Assembly: GCA_964016885.1 (NCBI GenBank)
Contig: OZ024764.1
Location: 21,824,001 to 21,888,000, forward strand
Source of the DNA: Eledone cirrhosa
Taxonomy: Eukaryota
Reading direction: 5' to 3'
Length of the DNA: 64,000 bases
The notes under the pieces are model-generated. The model searched no databases. It was not told where the DNA came from and worked only from the letters and a program-made list of their open reading frames with translations. Positions 12,595-27,047 of the stretch are shown piece by piece. How positions within the stretch are numbered: the first letter of the stretch is position 1; each line of letters opens with the position of its first letter. The position numbers and the translations under genes were made by a program.

Positions 12595-12820
12595 TAAGGT
12601 TTACTAAGGTGTTAAAATAACCAGGTACCCTCACGGGTATCACCTGACACCTCGGTAAGGCGAGGCTAAGGTGCTGAAATAACCAGGTACCCTCACGGGT
12701 ATCACCTGACACCTCAGAAAGGTGAGGCTAAGGTGTTGAAATAACCAGGTACCCTCACGGGTATCACCTGACACTTCAGTAAGGTGAGTCTAAGGGGTTG
12801 AAATAACCAGGTACCCTCAC
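12595..12820. repeat. ~61-bp tandem repeat, ~4 copies
   Basis: GCTAAGGTGTTGAAATAACCAGGTACCCTCACGGGTATCACCTGACACCTCGGTAAGG. Confidence 0.9.
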
Positions 12821-13179
12821 GGAAACGACTAGATTTTTAGAAAAAGTAGGGTGAAAGTATACGAAGAGATGTAGTTTCACAGATCTACTCACACCTCACG
12901 TTGGGTGGGAAATAATTATTTTTCTTAGATTTTTTTCTAGACCCCTTTTCAATATTTTCTCTGAACCCCTTAGATACTTGCAATAGACGTTTTATTCCCC
13001 ACAGTATTAGGGTTAGGGTTTCCGTTTTCAGGAAGAAAAGTCGATTGCAAACATCTAAGAGGTCGAGAAAAATTATAAGGAAAGATAATTATTTCCCAGC
13101 CAACTGGTGAAATGTGTAGCTCTTCTAAACTCTGATAATCCTGTCTCCCACTTCTTTATCTACAAATCTAGTCGTTTCC
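12821..13179. mobile_element. MITE with 16-bp terminal inverted repeats
   Basis: GGAAACGACTAGATTT ... AAATCTAGTCGTTTCC; internal TTAGGG x2; no TSD seen. Confidence 0.8.
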
Positions 13180-13380
13180 TGCTACTTTGAAGGCCCTATT
13201 TATTGATAACACCACCTGTAAATCTTTGTCAACTTTTCACACGTAAATTGTGAATCAGTTATTTTTAAACAAACTATCAAAGAAGTGATCTCACAGTAAC
13301 TGTGTTTGATTCAATCAACTTATTCCCCCCAAACATTGTCGACCTTGTGTCTAAATCAGAAACTATTATAAGATCTTAAA

Positions 13381-13525
13381 TCAACCCCGTAAAGATGAAG
13401 GGCAAAGCTAACCTCGGCGGGATTTCAACCCTTTATGTTATGAGTTCAAATCCCACCAAAGTTAACTCTGTCTTTCATTCTAACGGAGTGGATAAATTAA
13501 AGTTCCAGTAATCTACTGGGGTCTG
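13381..13525. repeat. Head-to-head SINE-like fragments forming an imperfect ~50-bp hairpin (also 37312-37455)
   Basis: 13381-13431 is homologous to the reverse complement of 13442-13492; B-box-like GAGTTCAAATC. Confidence 0.65.
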
Positions 13526-13581
13526 AGATATTAAGGTTTGAGTAGATTCTATCTTTTTGTGTGTTTGTATTTATAATCTTA

Positions 13582-13690
13582 CTAGAACACCTGTGACCTG
13601 TTGGGTCACGTTCCCTTTAAAGATAATATTTAAATAATTAAAATATACACAGACATGTATATAATGTAAAATGAAATTAGTAGGCCCATG

Positions 13691-13779
<89 letters not shown>

Positions 13780-14410
13780 ATATATACATATGTGTGTGTG
13801 TGTTTGTGTATATATATATATATATATATAGAAAGATTTGAATGGATACAGTTTAGTTGAAAGGAATTTATTGACACGTGTTTCTATAACAGTTACATAA
13901 CCTAAAACAGCTGCTATCTACAAACTTTTAGTTTATGTAACTGTTATAGAAACACGTGTCAATAAAATCCTTTCAACTAAACTGTATCCATTCAAATCTT
14001 TCTATTTTTCTCCGGATTACTTTTGGAACTACAACTGGAACCGTCGAGCAAACTCTACGTGAGCTGATAATCTACTGTGTGTAATATTTATATTACAACA
14101 CAACGGAAAATACTGTATATATATATATATATATATATACACACGTCACTTGATATAATTTTATAACTTTGTTCAACAGCACCACCAGCTATCTCTCTCA
14201 CACACACCCATTATCTTTCTCTCTCTATTTATAAAGGTGCCAGAAAAACCCCATATCTCGGGAACCTGTACATTGATTTACGTGAAACTTATTTTATCCC
14301 ATTTGTATTCCCATTTCAGGGTCAACTTCCTTTCAAACTATTTTCCCATTATACCCCGTTTTGGCTGTATTACATTACAGACAAGACACAATCACAGAGT
14401 TTTAGGTTTA
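13582..14410 (-). mobile_element. Helitron family 1, minus-strand intronic copy with TA microsatellite and insert
   Basis: CTAGAACACCTGTGACCTGTTGGGTCACG end; body is the reverse complement of 5825-6187. Confidence 0.72.
13829..14004. repeat. Near-perfect palindrome, 79-bp arms and 18-nt loop
   Basis: 13829-13907 vs reverse complement of 13926-14004: 2 mismatches. Confidence 0.95.
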
Positions 14411-14539
14411 TAATGTTATAGTATCATGATAGGGTAATACAGTTATTTATAGACCTGTGGTAAATGTTGGTTCAGTCCACCCTGGGGGGTGTAAGTGTTG
14501 GTTCAGTCTACCCTGAGGGGTGTCAGTGTTGGTCAATGA

Positions 14540-14960
14540 TAACCTTTATAACTAGAGGCCTGTTGGTGAGGACAAGCTGGAAGTGATGACATCTTTCTGC
14601 TACCTGTGTGACATGTCAGCTGGAAGTGGAGCCAAGTTCACTGCCATCGTGCTGTGCCACTCCACAGGTAACAAGTTTAGGCAGCTTCTCCTAATCCTCA
14701 AGACATGCTGGCTACCATTAGACACCATGGGGCAGGTTTATAACACCTGTGGGAGAAGTGTGTTGTTTCATGCCAGCGAGACCTGGGCCATGTTATCTGA
14801 CTGTCTGAATTGACTCTGAAGAAATGACAGAGCTATGATCCACTGGATGTGTAGTGTGACCATTGAGGATGATGTCAGCTCAACTGAGCTCCTAAAAAAA
14901 CTGCTGATCGACAACCTCAAGGATGTGTTTCACAGGAGACACATGCACTGGTATGGCCAT
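14540..14960 (+). mobile_element. RTE LINE fragment (copy 59330-59755)
   Basis: KLEVVTSFCYL..YNTCGRSVLFHASETW. Confidence 0.75.
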
Positions 14961-14964
14961 GTTG

Positions 14965-17212
14965 TGCATTCTCTCTCAACTCATCTATGCTTGGTCGTTG
15001 ATGCACATTGACATTGCACATCCAACGGAGCATACTTGCTTCATTTTTCTCCAGCCGTTGCATATCCTCTGCAGTTGCTGTCCGTGTCTCACTACCGTGC
15101 AGCATCACACATCTCATGCAGGCATCACCAGCCATTCGTTCTTAGAGAGAAACCCTTCTTTGTCAACAGAGGAAGCAGCTCCCTAAACTTCTTCCAACCC
15201 GTCCTTATTCTAGATACTATGGCCTCTGGGCACCCTCCTCCCATGCTAATTTGATCACCTAGATACCGGAAGCTATCAACCACTTCTATAGAACCTACCT
15301 GCATTTGAAAAATGTGTCTATCACTGCGACTTCTACCGTCAAATTTCCCTGTACATCTACTACATATGTATTTTTCCCTACCTGATAGTTTACCTGCTAT
15401 CCCACTACATTTCTTGTGTACCCAAAATCTGCATTGTGTACATTATAGAATTTATGCCAGTTCCTTTTCTACATATTGAACAAGGCCATTTCCCTGATGG
15501 AATGACAGTTTTGTCCTCTTTTCTACTCATCAACACTTTAGTCTTAGCTAGGTTCACTCTCAGTCCTCTTGATTCCAACTGCTGTTGTAATAGCCAGAAT
15601 TTATTCTCTAGCTCCTCTACTGATTCTGCTATAAGAACCATATCGTCAGCATAGAGAACTTCCCATGGGCACCTAGTCTTAAACTCCTCTGTTATGACTT
15701 GGAGGACTATAATGAACAAGAGCGGGCTGAGGACCGAACCCTGATGTACTCCTGCATCTGTAATTCCTCACTAAACTCCATGCCTACCCTCACTTTACTG
15801 ACAGCACCTCTGTACATAGCTTGCACTGACTTCACAAACTATTCCTCTACACCTAGTTTCCTTAGGGTTCACCAGATGACAGATTGGGGTACTCTATCAA
15901 AGGCCTTCTCTAGGTCAACAAAAACTAAGTATAGTGGTTTTCTTCTCTAAGAACCTCTCTTGTAGTTGTCTCACTAAGAAGAGGGCATCTGTTTGACTCT
16001 TTCTCTAAGTTGCGCTAGTATTCTTTCTGTCACTTTCATAACCTGATCCATCAGTTTTATACCCCTATAATTACTCCCCTCCAGAACATCCCCTTTACCT
16101 TTACCTCAATTTATGAGAATACTGCTGCACCAGTCTTTGGGTATGACACCACCATATATAGCTTGATTAATGATGCATTCAACCAGTTTAATTCCTACTT
16201 CTCTTGATGCCTTCAGTATCTCAGCAACTAACCCCAACAGTCCAGCGGACTTACCATTTTTCATTTCCTTAATTGGACCCTATAGTCGTCAATCTCAATA
16301 GCTGGTCCTTCTGTTGGGTCTACTGAAGGTAGCTCCCCTCCTATTCATTCTCCACATTCATCAGTCTCTCATAATGACATTTCCAGGCCTTCTTTTTTTT
16401 GAGAATCAGTGACACTAAGTGCACCAACATCCTGATTTACACTGACACACTGCCTTGCAATGTGGATCACCGCACATCTCTGATCTCCCCATCGCAGGAC
16501 ATTGGCAAACCTTCTACTCTCAGCTTCCCTGCATGTTAAGTAGGCCTGACATCTAGCTTCTCTCTTAGCGGCTGTGAATCGGTCTCTACCTCTACCATTT
16601 TTCCAAGCCTTTTGTCTCTAATGGCTCTATCTACCGTGCTGTTCCACCACCAGGCCACCCTCTGTCTGGTTGGAGCTCTGCTCCAGCCACAAGTTTCTTC
16701 AGTAACCTGCAGTAAGTTGTCACGTAAGAAATTCCAGTTATCATCTATGGCATATGACTCTAAATCGTCTTCTTTTTCGTCATACACATCTTGAAGGGCT
16801 TTCCTAAATTTATATTTTAGTGAAAGGTCTTTTAGTTTCCAGTCCTTCCTTTTTTAAACCTTCTTGTATGTCTCTCTTTGTCTCTTGCTTACTGAGATGT
16901 CACTAACGACTAACCTATGTTGGGGGGTTACATTGTTCCCTGGGGTATGCCTTAGTATTTGACACCATCTGTCTCTCTTGCTACTTAACTAGCAAGAAGT
17001 CAATCTGTCTCATGTGCTCACCTGATTGGTAGGTTATTAGGTGGTTGGTAGGTTTCTTGAAGTGTTGCAAATGGTTAGTTCACTTGCATCACAAAATACA
17101 AGAAGCCTCACTCCTTCTTCATTTCTTGAGCATGACCACCATGTATCCCAGTATATCCATCCTCGAACTGTCCAACATGACCATTGAAGTCCCCTGCTAT
17201 TATAACTAGGTC
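14965..17212 (-). mobile_element. Degenerate RTE LINE
   Basis: WWWN, CPWEVLYADD, WPCSICRKG, LHGSET and APE GDFNGHVG motifs, with many lesions. Confidence 0.9.
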
Positions 17213-17303
17213 TCAAAATCTCATAGATTTGATATTATGAGAGATAAAGCATTTACTGTGAAAATATAATAGTATATATAGAGTAATGTGAATACTAAAG
17301 GGT

Positions 17304-17440
17304 TAATCTGATGTCACTAATAACTACTTTTATCTGTCAGTTTATTCTAATGTCACTAATAACTACTTTTATCAGTCAGTTTAATCTAATGTCACTAATA
17401 ACTACTTTTATCAATCAGTATAATCTACTACCACTAATAA
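17304..17440. repeat. 39-bp minisatellite, ~3.5 copies, after the MITE right end (17302)
   Basis: Same unit as 1274-1995. Confidence 0.92.
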
Positions 17441-17780
17441 CTAACCTATGTTAGTCAGCACATTCTTCACCAAAGAAGGCCTTAGTATTTATTACAGTCC
17501 ATTTATCAATATAGAAATATTATAGGAAATTTGTACTGATGTATTACAAGTTTCTGAGTATCTTATAATGTTCTTTTATTATTTCAGAATACCAGAGGAC
17601 ATTGGCATTAAAGAGCACGTTACATCAGACATATCCTCAACATTAACCATTTCTAATGAAAGACACTAACCATCATTTTCAAATAATTTTGAAAACACTC
17701 AACACTTTGAAGTGATTTAGTAATATAACTAAATTTCTCAGTATTAAGCTGTGAATTATGTGAGAAACTGAGGTGATTGA

Positions 17781-18911
<1,131 letters not shown>

Positions 18912-19854
18912 CTGTGTCAATATCAAACTCATTACATCATACTACAACAACAATTGTGTAGATCCATCATTCTTGCTTAAACTGGGGTCAACCTTGTAGG
19001 TTTTACCTATGACAGGGATCATAAAACCAGTTTTCCATTTTTGAAGCAGTGTTTGAAGATTTTGTGTAAATTAAAGTTTTACTCTTTAAACTTTCATTTA
19101 TTATACTTTAACAGGTAAGATATATATTTGTATTTTTAGTAAAGGTTGGGAACTTCTGTAATTTAAACCTGCCAATAAAATGAAAACTTTTGTTGTTAGT
19201 CAGACATTGATATTAATTCTATTGTCCTGTACATTGTCTCAAATATCACAGATTAAACAGATTTTAACAATAACAACAGAAATCAATAACTTGTAAGCCT
19301 AATATCTAGCTTCCATTTTAACTATTTGATATTGTTGTTCCTCTCCTGTCTCTTCAGGTCTTTTAGATTTCAACTTCTATCTACTGTACTATTCCATCAC
19401 CAAGGCAACATTCATCTGGCTGGCAGCTTACATCAACTACAGATCTCCAACCCTTCTTTCTGCAGATAGTCTTGTATCTGTCAGTCCCTCTATATCTTAT
19501 ATTTAACAGGGAGATCTTTTACTCTCCAACCCTTCTATCTCCAGATAGTCTTGTATCTGTCAGTCCCTCTAGATATTACACCTAGTATCTAGTCTATGTT
19601 GAGTGGTACGTCCTTCTCCAGTAAAGGAGTTAATATTCCCAACCATCTGTCTATCCTGTTTTCTGATGAGAATGAAGTCAATCTAGTTTATCTCTTCACC
19701 TGATTGAAGTAACTAGATCAAGTAACTAGATGCTTTCCTGTAAGTTAGTGTTGCAGTGTAAGGTTTATATCTATTAATATAGAGATGTAGTAAAGTTTTC
19801 ACTGTTGTATCTCTACTTTCTAAATATCTTAATAATGTTTCTCTACTATTTCAG

Positions 19855-20210
19855 AATATCACATGACCTTGACAGAAAAGAGTCTTTTAAAGACAACAGA
19901 AAGATGTTACATACAAGTGATATAAACTTGTTTAGTCTGTGGTGAATTATGGTGAAATATTTCTTCTGAATTGAGATAAATAACAACATTTTCCTTTTTC
20001 ACTGTCTGGAATATTTACAAGATGATTTTACATTCTGATTAAACTTTGGATATTTACAAAGGAGTTTTCAAAATATTTGGATATTGACAAAGATCACATT
20101 TGATAAAATTATGAACAATAGAAATATTTACATCAACATAGGAATATTTTCCAGAAGAGATGGGAAAATCATTATACCACTGTAATATTTGTGGTAAAGT
20201 ATTCTCTCTT
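19855..20210 (+). pseudogene. Relic ZNF exon, copy 2
   Basis: Near-identical to 5334-5690. Confidence 0.72.
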
Positions 20211-20350
20211 CTTTATATGTAGAACATCTAACTAAACACTTTAACTAACAAACTATTGTGCTATAGAATTGACAAACTTGAGGAATCTTTAATAAATGTT
20301 ACAAATTTTTCCAAACTGTCATTTACTAACTTTAATTTGAAGCTATATTA

Positions 20351-20745
20351 TCTATATACTACTAAAACTCTGTGATTGTGTCTTGTCTGTAATTTAATAC
20401 AGCTAAAACAGTGCATAATGGGGAAATACTTTGAAAAGAATAAAACAAGTTTTGTATAAAATGGAGCACAGGTTCCCAAGATACGGGGTTTTCTGGGTAC
20501 CTTCATAAATATAGGGAGAGAAAGAGATAGTGGTTGTGAGAGTGAGGAGACAGATGGAAGAGGGAGGGAGAGAGAGAGCTGCTGGTGTTGTTTAATAAAA
20601 TGTGTGCGTATATATATATACATATGTGTCTATATATATATATATGTCTGTATATTTTAACTACTTGAAAATTATTTTTAAGTGAACATGATTTTAAAAT
20701 AATAGTTTTAAGGGAACGTGACCCAACAGGTCGCGGGTGGTCTAG
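20351..20745 (+). mobile_element. Helitron family 1
   Basis: TC...CTAG termini as at 5825. Confidence 0.75.
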
Positions 20746-21149
20746 TTTGTTACTAAATACTAGATATTAGAGGGTCATGTTGTTCTAGATGTGCTGGAAG
20801 AGCCATTCCATCTCGTGAGGCTCACACCAGCAGCTAGCCACCTCAGCACCTATGGTGGTATATTTATTATATTATTTATTCTTTATCATTAACATTAATA
20901 TAAAAGATAATTATATATTTTTAGAGAAGAACCTCTAATTTTATATAGCTTAGGGCTTCAGTAGGTAAAAGTCTGGCCCTGCTTGTCTTGTATTTTTTAG
21001 GGGAGAAGTTAGGGAATACTGTTATTGTGTGAAAGTTTTCTAAATCTTCTTCAGCCACTAACATGGAGAAGATATTTCAGTAAGAAGGTTCACATCCTGA
21101 CATCTATAGCTGTTAACAATGAGATTGGAATTCATTATTAAACAAATGC

Positions 21150-22020
21150 TATATCATCATCACTGTTTAACATCAGTTTTTTCACTCTGGCATGGGTTAG
21201 ACGAGTTATCCTGTTGTAAGCAATGCCAGGTCAGGTGACCACGTGTTGCTCCTACAGAACAAATTTTGGATTGGTTTCTACAGCTGGATGCCCTTCCTAG
21301 TACCAACCTTATTTACATTAAGTACTGGGTGCATTTTACCATCTTACCATCATGACCACTTTACAGTGTGCGCTGGGTGCTTTTTGTTGTGACACCTACA
21401 TGACCAATTTACAGTGTGGGCTGGGTGCTTTTTGTTGTGACACCTACATGACCAATTTACAGTGTGCGCTGGGTGCTTTTTGTTGTGACACCTACATGAC
21501 CAATTTACAGTGTGGGCTGGGTGCTTTTTGTTGTGACACCTACATGACCACTTTACAGTTTGGACTGGGTGCTTTTTGTCGTGAAACCTACATGACCACT
21601 TTATAGTGTGGACTGGGTACTTTTTGTTGTGACACCAACATGACCATTTTAAAGTTTTGGCTGGGTACTTTTTGTTGTCACCTACATGACCACTTTACAG
21701 TGTGGGCTGGGAGCTTTTTGCTGTGACACCTACGCAACCGCTTTATAGTGTGGGCTGGTTTCTTTTTGTCATATCACCTACATGACCAGTTTATAGTATT
21801 GGCTGTGTGTTCTTTACAGTGTGTGCTGGTTTCTTTTTGTCATATCTCCTACATGACCACTTTATAATGTTTACTGTGTGTTCTTTGCAGTGTGGGTTGG
21901 GTGCTTTTTGTCATATCACCTACATGACCACCTTATAATGTTGACTGTGTGTTCTCTACAGTGTGGGTTGGGTGCTTTTTGTCATATCACCTACCCAACC
22001 ACTTTGCAGTATGGGCAGTG
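21150..22020 (-). repeat. RTE-tail element with expanded 48-bp minisatellite
   Basis: Tandem ATGACCACTTTACAGTGTGG... units. Confidence 0.88.
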
Positions 22021-22839
22021 AAATATCAGTAATGCACCAGCTCCAATATTCAGTAATCAGAAGAAGGGAGGTAGGCATAAAAGCCAAACTTGCTGTCTTC
22101 AATTAGGTTTTTGTGCCAACCCTTACCTATGGTCACATATCTTGGGTAATGACCAAAAGAATATGATTGGGAATACAAATGGCAGATATGGGATTCCTCT
22201 GAAGGGTCTTTGAAGGAACTTTTCTCAATAAAGTGCATAGCTCTGAGATCAGAGAGTCACTCCAGGTGGAGCTGTTACTTCTCCTAATTGAGAGATCACA
22301 GCTGCAATACTATGGCCATGTGGTTAGAATGTCTGAGGAAAGAATCACTGGATAGATTTTACAGGCAAAACTAACCGGCAGGAGACCCAGGGGTAGACCT
22401 GAGCAAGATGGTCACATAACATCCATGAGCTTGGCTGGTCTCTCTGGGAGATCCAGCCAGACCAGTTGGAGTGGGTTGCTTCTGACAGGACCTGTTGGAG
22501 GGAGTGTTTGAGGACTCTGCCCCCAAGACCCTCTCTGCAATAAGAAGAGCTTGAGGTTACAAAATCAACATCAGATTTCCCTGCTAGCAAGGGTTTAATG
22601 AGTCTACTTCAACCAAGTAAGTACTAAAGTGAGGCTACTGATCTCCCAGACAGACCAAGGATCTGAGACTTATTTACATAAGGTCTCATTTGCTACTGAG
22701 TGCACAGAAAAGGTTGTCATGATTGAAGGGTTCTCCGACACTATTGTCGGGCAAGCTTTCTATGGCTAGATGTCCTTCACATGACCAACCACATTACAGC
22801 CTGTGTTGGGTGTGTTTATCATGTAGGTGAGACATAACA

Positions 22840-25195
22840 AACTGAGGGTTCCCCAAGGGCCACATAGGTCACATGTGTTGTCTGAGGGTTGCACACTACA
22901 ACTAATTATGTACACGACAACTAATTAGTCATTTAATAAAATATATTGCAGAAAGATTTGTTACTTAAATTTAGAAACATACAATGTACATACAAATATC
23001 TTAGCAGCATTCATGAATACAAAGTAATGAAGTAGTTTGACAAAAAACTAAAATTTCACATGTCAACATATACTTGCAGATTGTAACAGCAACAAATACA
23101 TTGTACACAAATAACAACAGTTGAAAACTGAACATTTATTTGCTACTATTCAACTATTTTTAGTGTTTTGTCCTGAGGCTTGACACTTCTTTCTGTTGAC
23201 TATGTTTGGTATGTCTGGCTGAAATGTCTGTACAGTTCCAACTTTAATCAGATGACAAGTGTTGATCAGTCAGCCTTGTTGTCTGAGAAGTTTTTGTTAA
23301 TTTATTAAGGAAAATAACTGTCCACTCACATAGTTAGAACCAGACATTGCCATAATCTTTGTGACAAACTTTCTGATGTTAATAAACTTTTCAGGAAGGT
23401 ATGAAAAGAAACCAGGTATCCCCACTACAAAATACTTTTTTCTGAGTGTAGAATCTGACTGCATTTCCAATAGTTCCATCTGCAGGCATTCTTCTGCCTT
23501 CATCAAAGGTGAATGGTGCTGAGAATAATGTAAACTGATGTTCAAAAAATGAGAAATCACAAAATCTTTCTTGAAATTTCTTTAACAACAATTCCAAGTG
23601 AGTGTCATACTTAACTAAGCTAAATACAGACTCAGTATTGGCAGTGTTTTTCAGTTCTTTGCACATAGGGAAATGAACTAAATTTTCAGCTGACGACGGA
23701 GATTTCCATAAGCTTAGTTTTCTAATGAAGCACTTGATGTCATCATTCAACTGATTGATGGGTTTGTTTTAACCTTGTAATTTCAAATTAAGATCAGTTA
23801 ATTGTGCAGTAATATCCACAACAAACCAGATGTTGGAGCCAACTTTCATCTTTTATTTCATCTGTGTTTTAACCTTTTCTCTCCAAAAACGTAATTATTT
23901 GTTGTCTCAACAAATAGAATCTTTTCAGCACTTTGTGACATGTCAACCAGCAGACTTCTGTGTAGAATGGAACATCAGCGAACTGATTATCCATATCTTC
24001 CAACAACTGGCTGAACTGACGGTGGTTGAGAGCACGGCCTCTGATTTAGTTCACTGTCTTTGTGACCAAGCTAAGCACATGATGCAATTTTAAAATCTTT
24101 GAACATAAATTTTGTTGATGAATAATACAGTGAAAATGTGCAAATGATGAATCTAGATATGAGTTTTCTATTTTTGTTTGTAACTTGGCAGCAACACCAT
24201 TATGTCTACCAACCATATTTGCAGCACTGTCAGTAGATAAACATGCAAGTTTACTCAGATCAAAACCATGCAGACCCTGCTTGACCTTCTCAAAGATGTC
24301 CTGGCTTGTTATAGTGTCATGCATGGGGACCAGTTCAATCAGTTCTTCATAAATATTAAATTCACAGTCACAGGCCCTGGTGAAGAATGCAAGCTGTACT
24401 ATTCCTGTGATGTCAACAGTCTCATCAATAGCAATAGAAACATGTTCAAACCTTGATGATACAGCCTTTAACTGTTGTTTCAGATCACCTGACATTTCAT
24501 TAATCTGTTCAGTAACAGTGTTCCTGATTAATGAAATGTCTTTGAATAACTCTGCTTTCTCTGGACAATTTCAGCTGTTTTTACAAGACATTGCTTTACA
24601 AAATCTCCTTCACTGTAAGATTTCCCACTCATGGCAATCATTTGACTGAGTTCATAGCTTGCAGTAACAGAAGTGACATCCTCTTCCTGAATTAACATAA
24701 AACAGGTCTGTTGCTGTGTCAAGTTAGACTTCAATTCCTTGAGTCTTGAAACACACATTGGGCCTTCATATTTATCGTAAGATCGACGGTTTGTTTCATA
24801 ATGTCTTTTTAAATTGTACTCTTTTGTCGTGGAGATGTAGTTGTTGCAAATTAAACAGTGTATCTTTCTGTTCACCATTGGGCAAAAATACTGTAATTCC
24901 CACTTTTCTTGAAACACTTGCCCTTCTTCGTTCACTTTCCTTTTTCTCTTAGCTGGAGGAGCACTAACCATTTCAAAAACGAAATCATTTGAAATTTTGA
25001 AAGAAAGTTTTCTGTTAATGAGCTGCACGTGATTAATGGAAGTTAAAAGTAGTTGACAAAAATTGCACCAAAAAAAATAATTGTATCGAAAATGTTTTAA
25101 ATTTTATATTACGAAAATGAAACATGGTCGCACTGTAAAAACCTTTGTGTGGGCCGCAGGTTTGCTTGCAAAGGGCCGCATGTTTGACATGTCTG
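22840..25195 (-). mobile_element. Defective hAT transposon, copy 2 (most complete)
   Basis: ORF pieces 24528-25028, 24046-24495 (IDETVD), 23391-23750, 23297-23560 (MSGSNYVSGQLFS). Confidence 0.92.
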
Positions 25196-26018
25196 ATGTA
25201 GGTTACCAACACTAGGGAGGGCAGCATGTCCTTCAGTGTGTTCTGCTACATTAACTACCAGGAGATCACCACATGAGTCAAAGACTACATTTCAAAGAAG
25301 GGTCATAAAAGAACTAAATACGAAAGTCCTCACAGCAAAAAGCAAATTATTGAGCTTTGGGTCTAGGTTAAGGGGGCAGAAGTGCTGCGTCCTGTGGATA
25401 AGACTGCAAAAGTATTCGCCCCGGACGATGGACAGTTACAGCCACCCCAACCTCATGGGCCTCCCTCTTCAGAAGGGCCACCAACGTACTGATCTTAGAG
25501 AGGAACTTGGCAGTACGGGGTCCAAATACTTCTGAGGTCTCAATGGTGACCAGTGTGAAGAGACCTACAAATGATGTCATCCCAGTTATGTTGGACTGTA
25601 ATATACTGGGGTTTAGAGAGACCTTAACCTGTCTCAGCCAAGTCACCCAGGGTTGTGTCATCTAGGTACCAGACAGGGGTAACTAGACCATGTTGTCAAC
25701 TGTCACCACCAATAGGAGTGAGGCGAGTGGGTCCCCTTGCTAGACACCATATATAAAAACGTATTTGCTAATTACTTTAATGAATAATTTGTTTCATATG
25801 TAATTATTACTTTTAACACAATAGGATTTTGTACACGTGTTTGTTTGAAAACATCTTTCAAAGAAGTATGAGACAGTCTTTTGTAGTCTTCTGGAGTTGC
25901 GACCGATAGATAGTATTAGCAATTGGAAAGACCAATGGAAACATTGTTTCCTCGGTCCGATTTGACGAAAAGTCGATCGTAAAAAAAATATATATATTTA
26001 TATATATATATATATATA

Positions 26019-26710
26019 TAAGGTGGAAGACTTATGTAGATTAGAGAGAAACGAAGCCTGCATGCTCCGATGGATGTGTAACAGTAATATACGTGAACGA
26101 CAAAGCATAAAGGAATTGAGAGAGAGACTGAGCATAAGAGGAATCAAATGCTGCGTGCAGGAGAGGCGGTTACGCTGGTATGGACATGTGATGCGTATGA
26201 AGGATGACAGCTGCATAAAAAGGTGCAGAGCACTAGAAGTTGATGGAAACCGCGGAGTGGGGAGACCCAAGATGACTTGGGATGAGGTGATAAAAGCCGA
26301 CCTTACCCAACTACACCTCTCAAAGTCAATGACACACGACCATGACTTCTGGCGTCACGCAGTAATACAGGGTACCCGACCTCCCATGGGTACATGCTGA
26401 AGCATATAAACAATATGCCCCCACTCCCCCCACCGCAAGGTGGTCGTGGAGGTGCCACGGCGAAAAAGCACCCAGCCCACACTGTAAAGTGGACGTGTAG
26501 GCGCCACGAAAAAGCACCCAGCACTCACTGTAAATGAGGTTGGTGTTAGGAAGGGCATCCAGCTGTAGAAATCAAGCCAGATCAGTTCCTGTATGAGCAA
26601 GGCATGGTCAGCCAACCAGACACTGCCCACAACAGGACAACCCGTCTAACCCATGCTAGCGTGGAAGAACGGACGTAAAACGGTGATGATGATGATGATG
26701 ATGATGATGA
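26019..26710 (+). mobile_element. 5'-truncated RTE LINE with 3'UTR and (GAT)n tail
   Basis: RLERNEACMLRWMC..RLRWYGHVMR..GRPK; sits in a TA tract. Confidence 0.9.
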
Positions 26711-27047
26711 TATATAGAGAGATAGAGAAACACACAAACGTACACTACTGTAAAACACATGTAAGGGGAGACAATTCTCGTTACATTCCCCCTTCTTTTT
26801 GATATACGTTCTTTATATGTTTTGTACAATGGAACCTGCTTTATTTTGTGTCCTAAGTAAATTTCTGTTTAAGTATTTACGAGATTCGCAATGATTAACG
26901 TAACCAAGTTACTTACATAGAGATATATTTCACATAGAATCACAACAAATGAAAATATTAAGTCAACACTCTGTCAATCAGTCTCACATCACATGGGTTG
27001 CCGGAGTCTCCCTCTAATACTTTCTGAGGCAGTCTTACCTCGAGTGA

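Noticed and set aside
13007-13020. Telomeric TTAGGG repeats
   Set aside because: Only two units, internal to a MITE
22840-25195. Domesticated GTF2IRD2/EPM2AIP1-like gene
   Set aside because: Multiple stops, frameshifts and deletions with a retained transposon terminus
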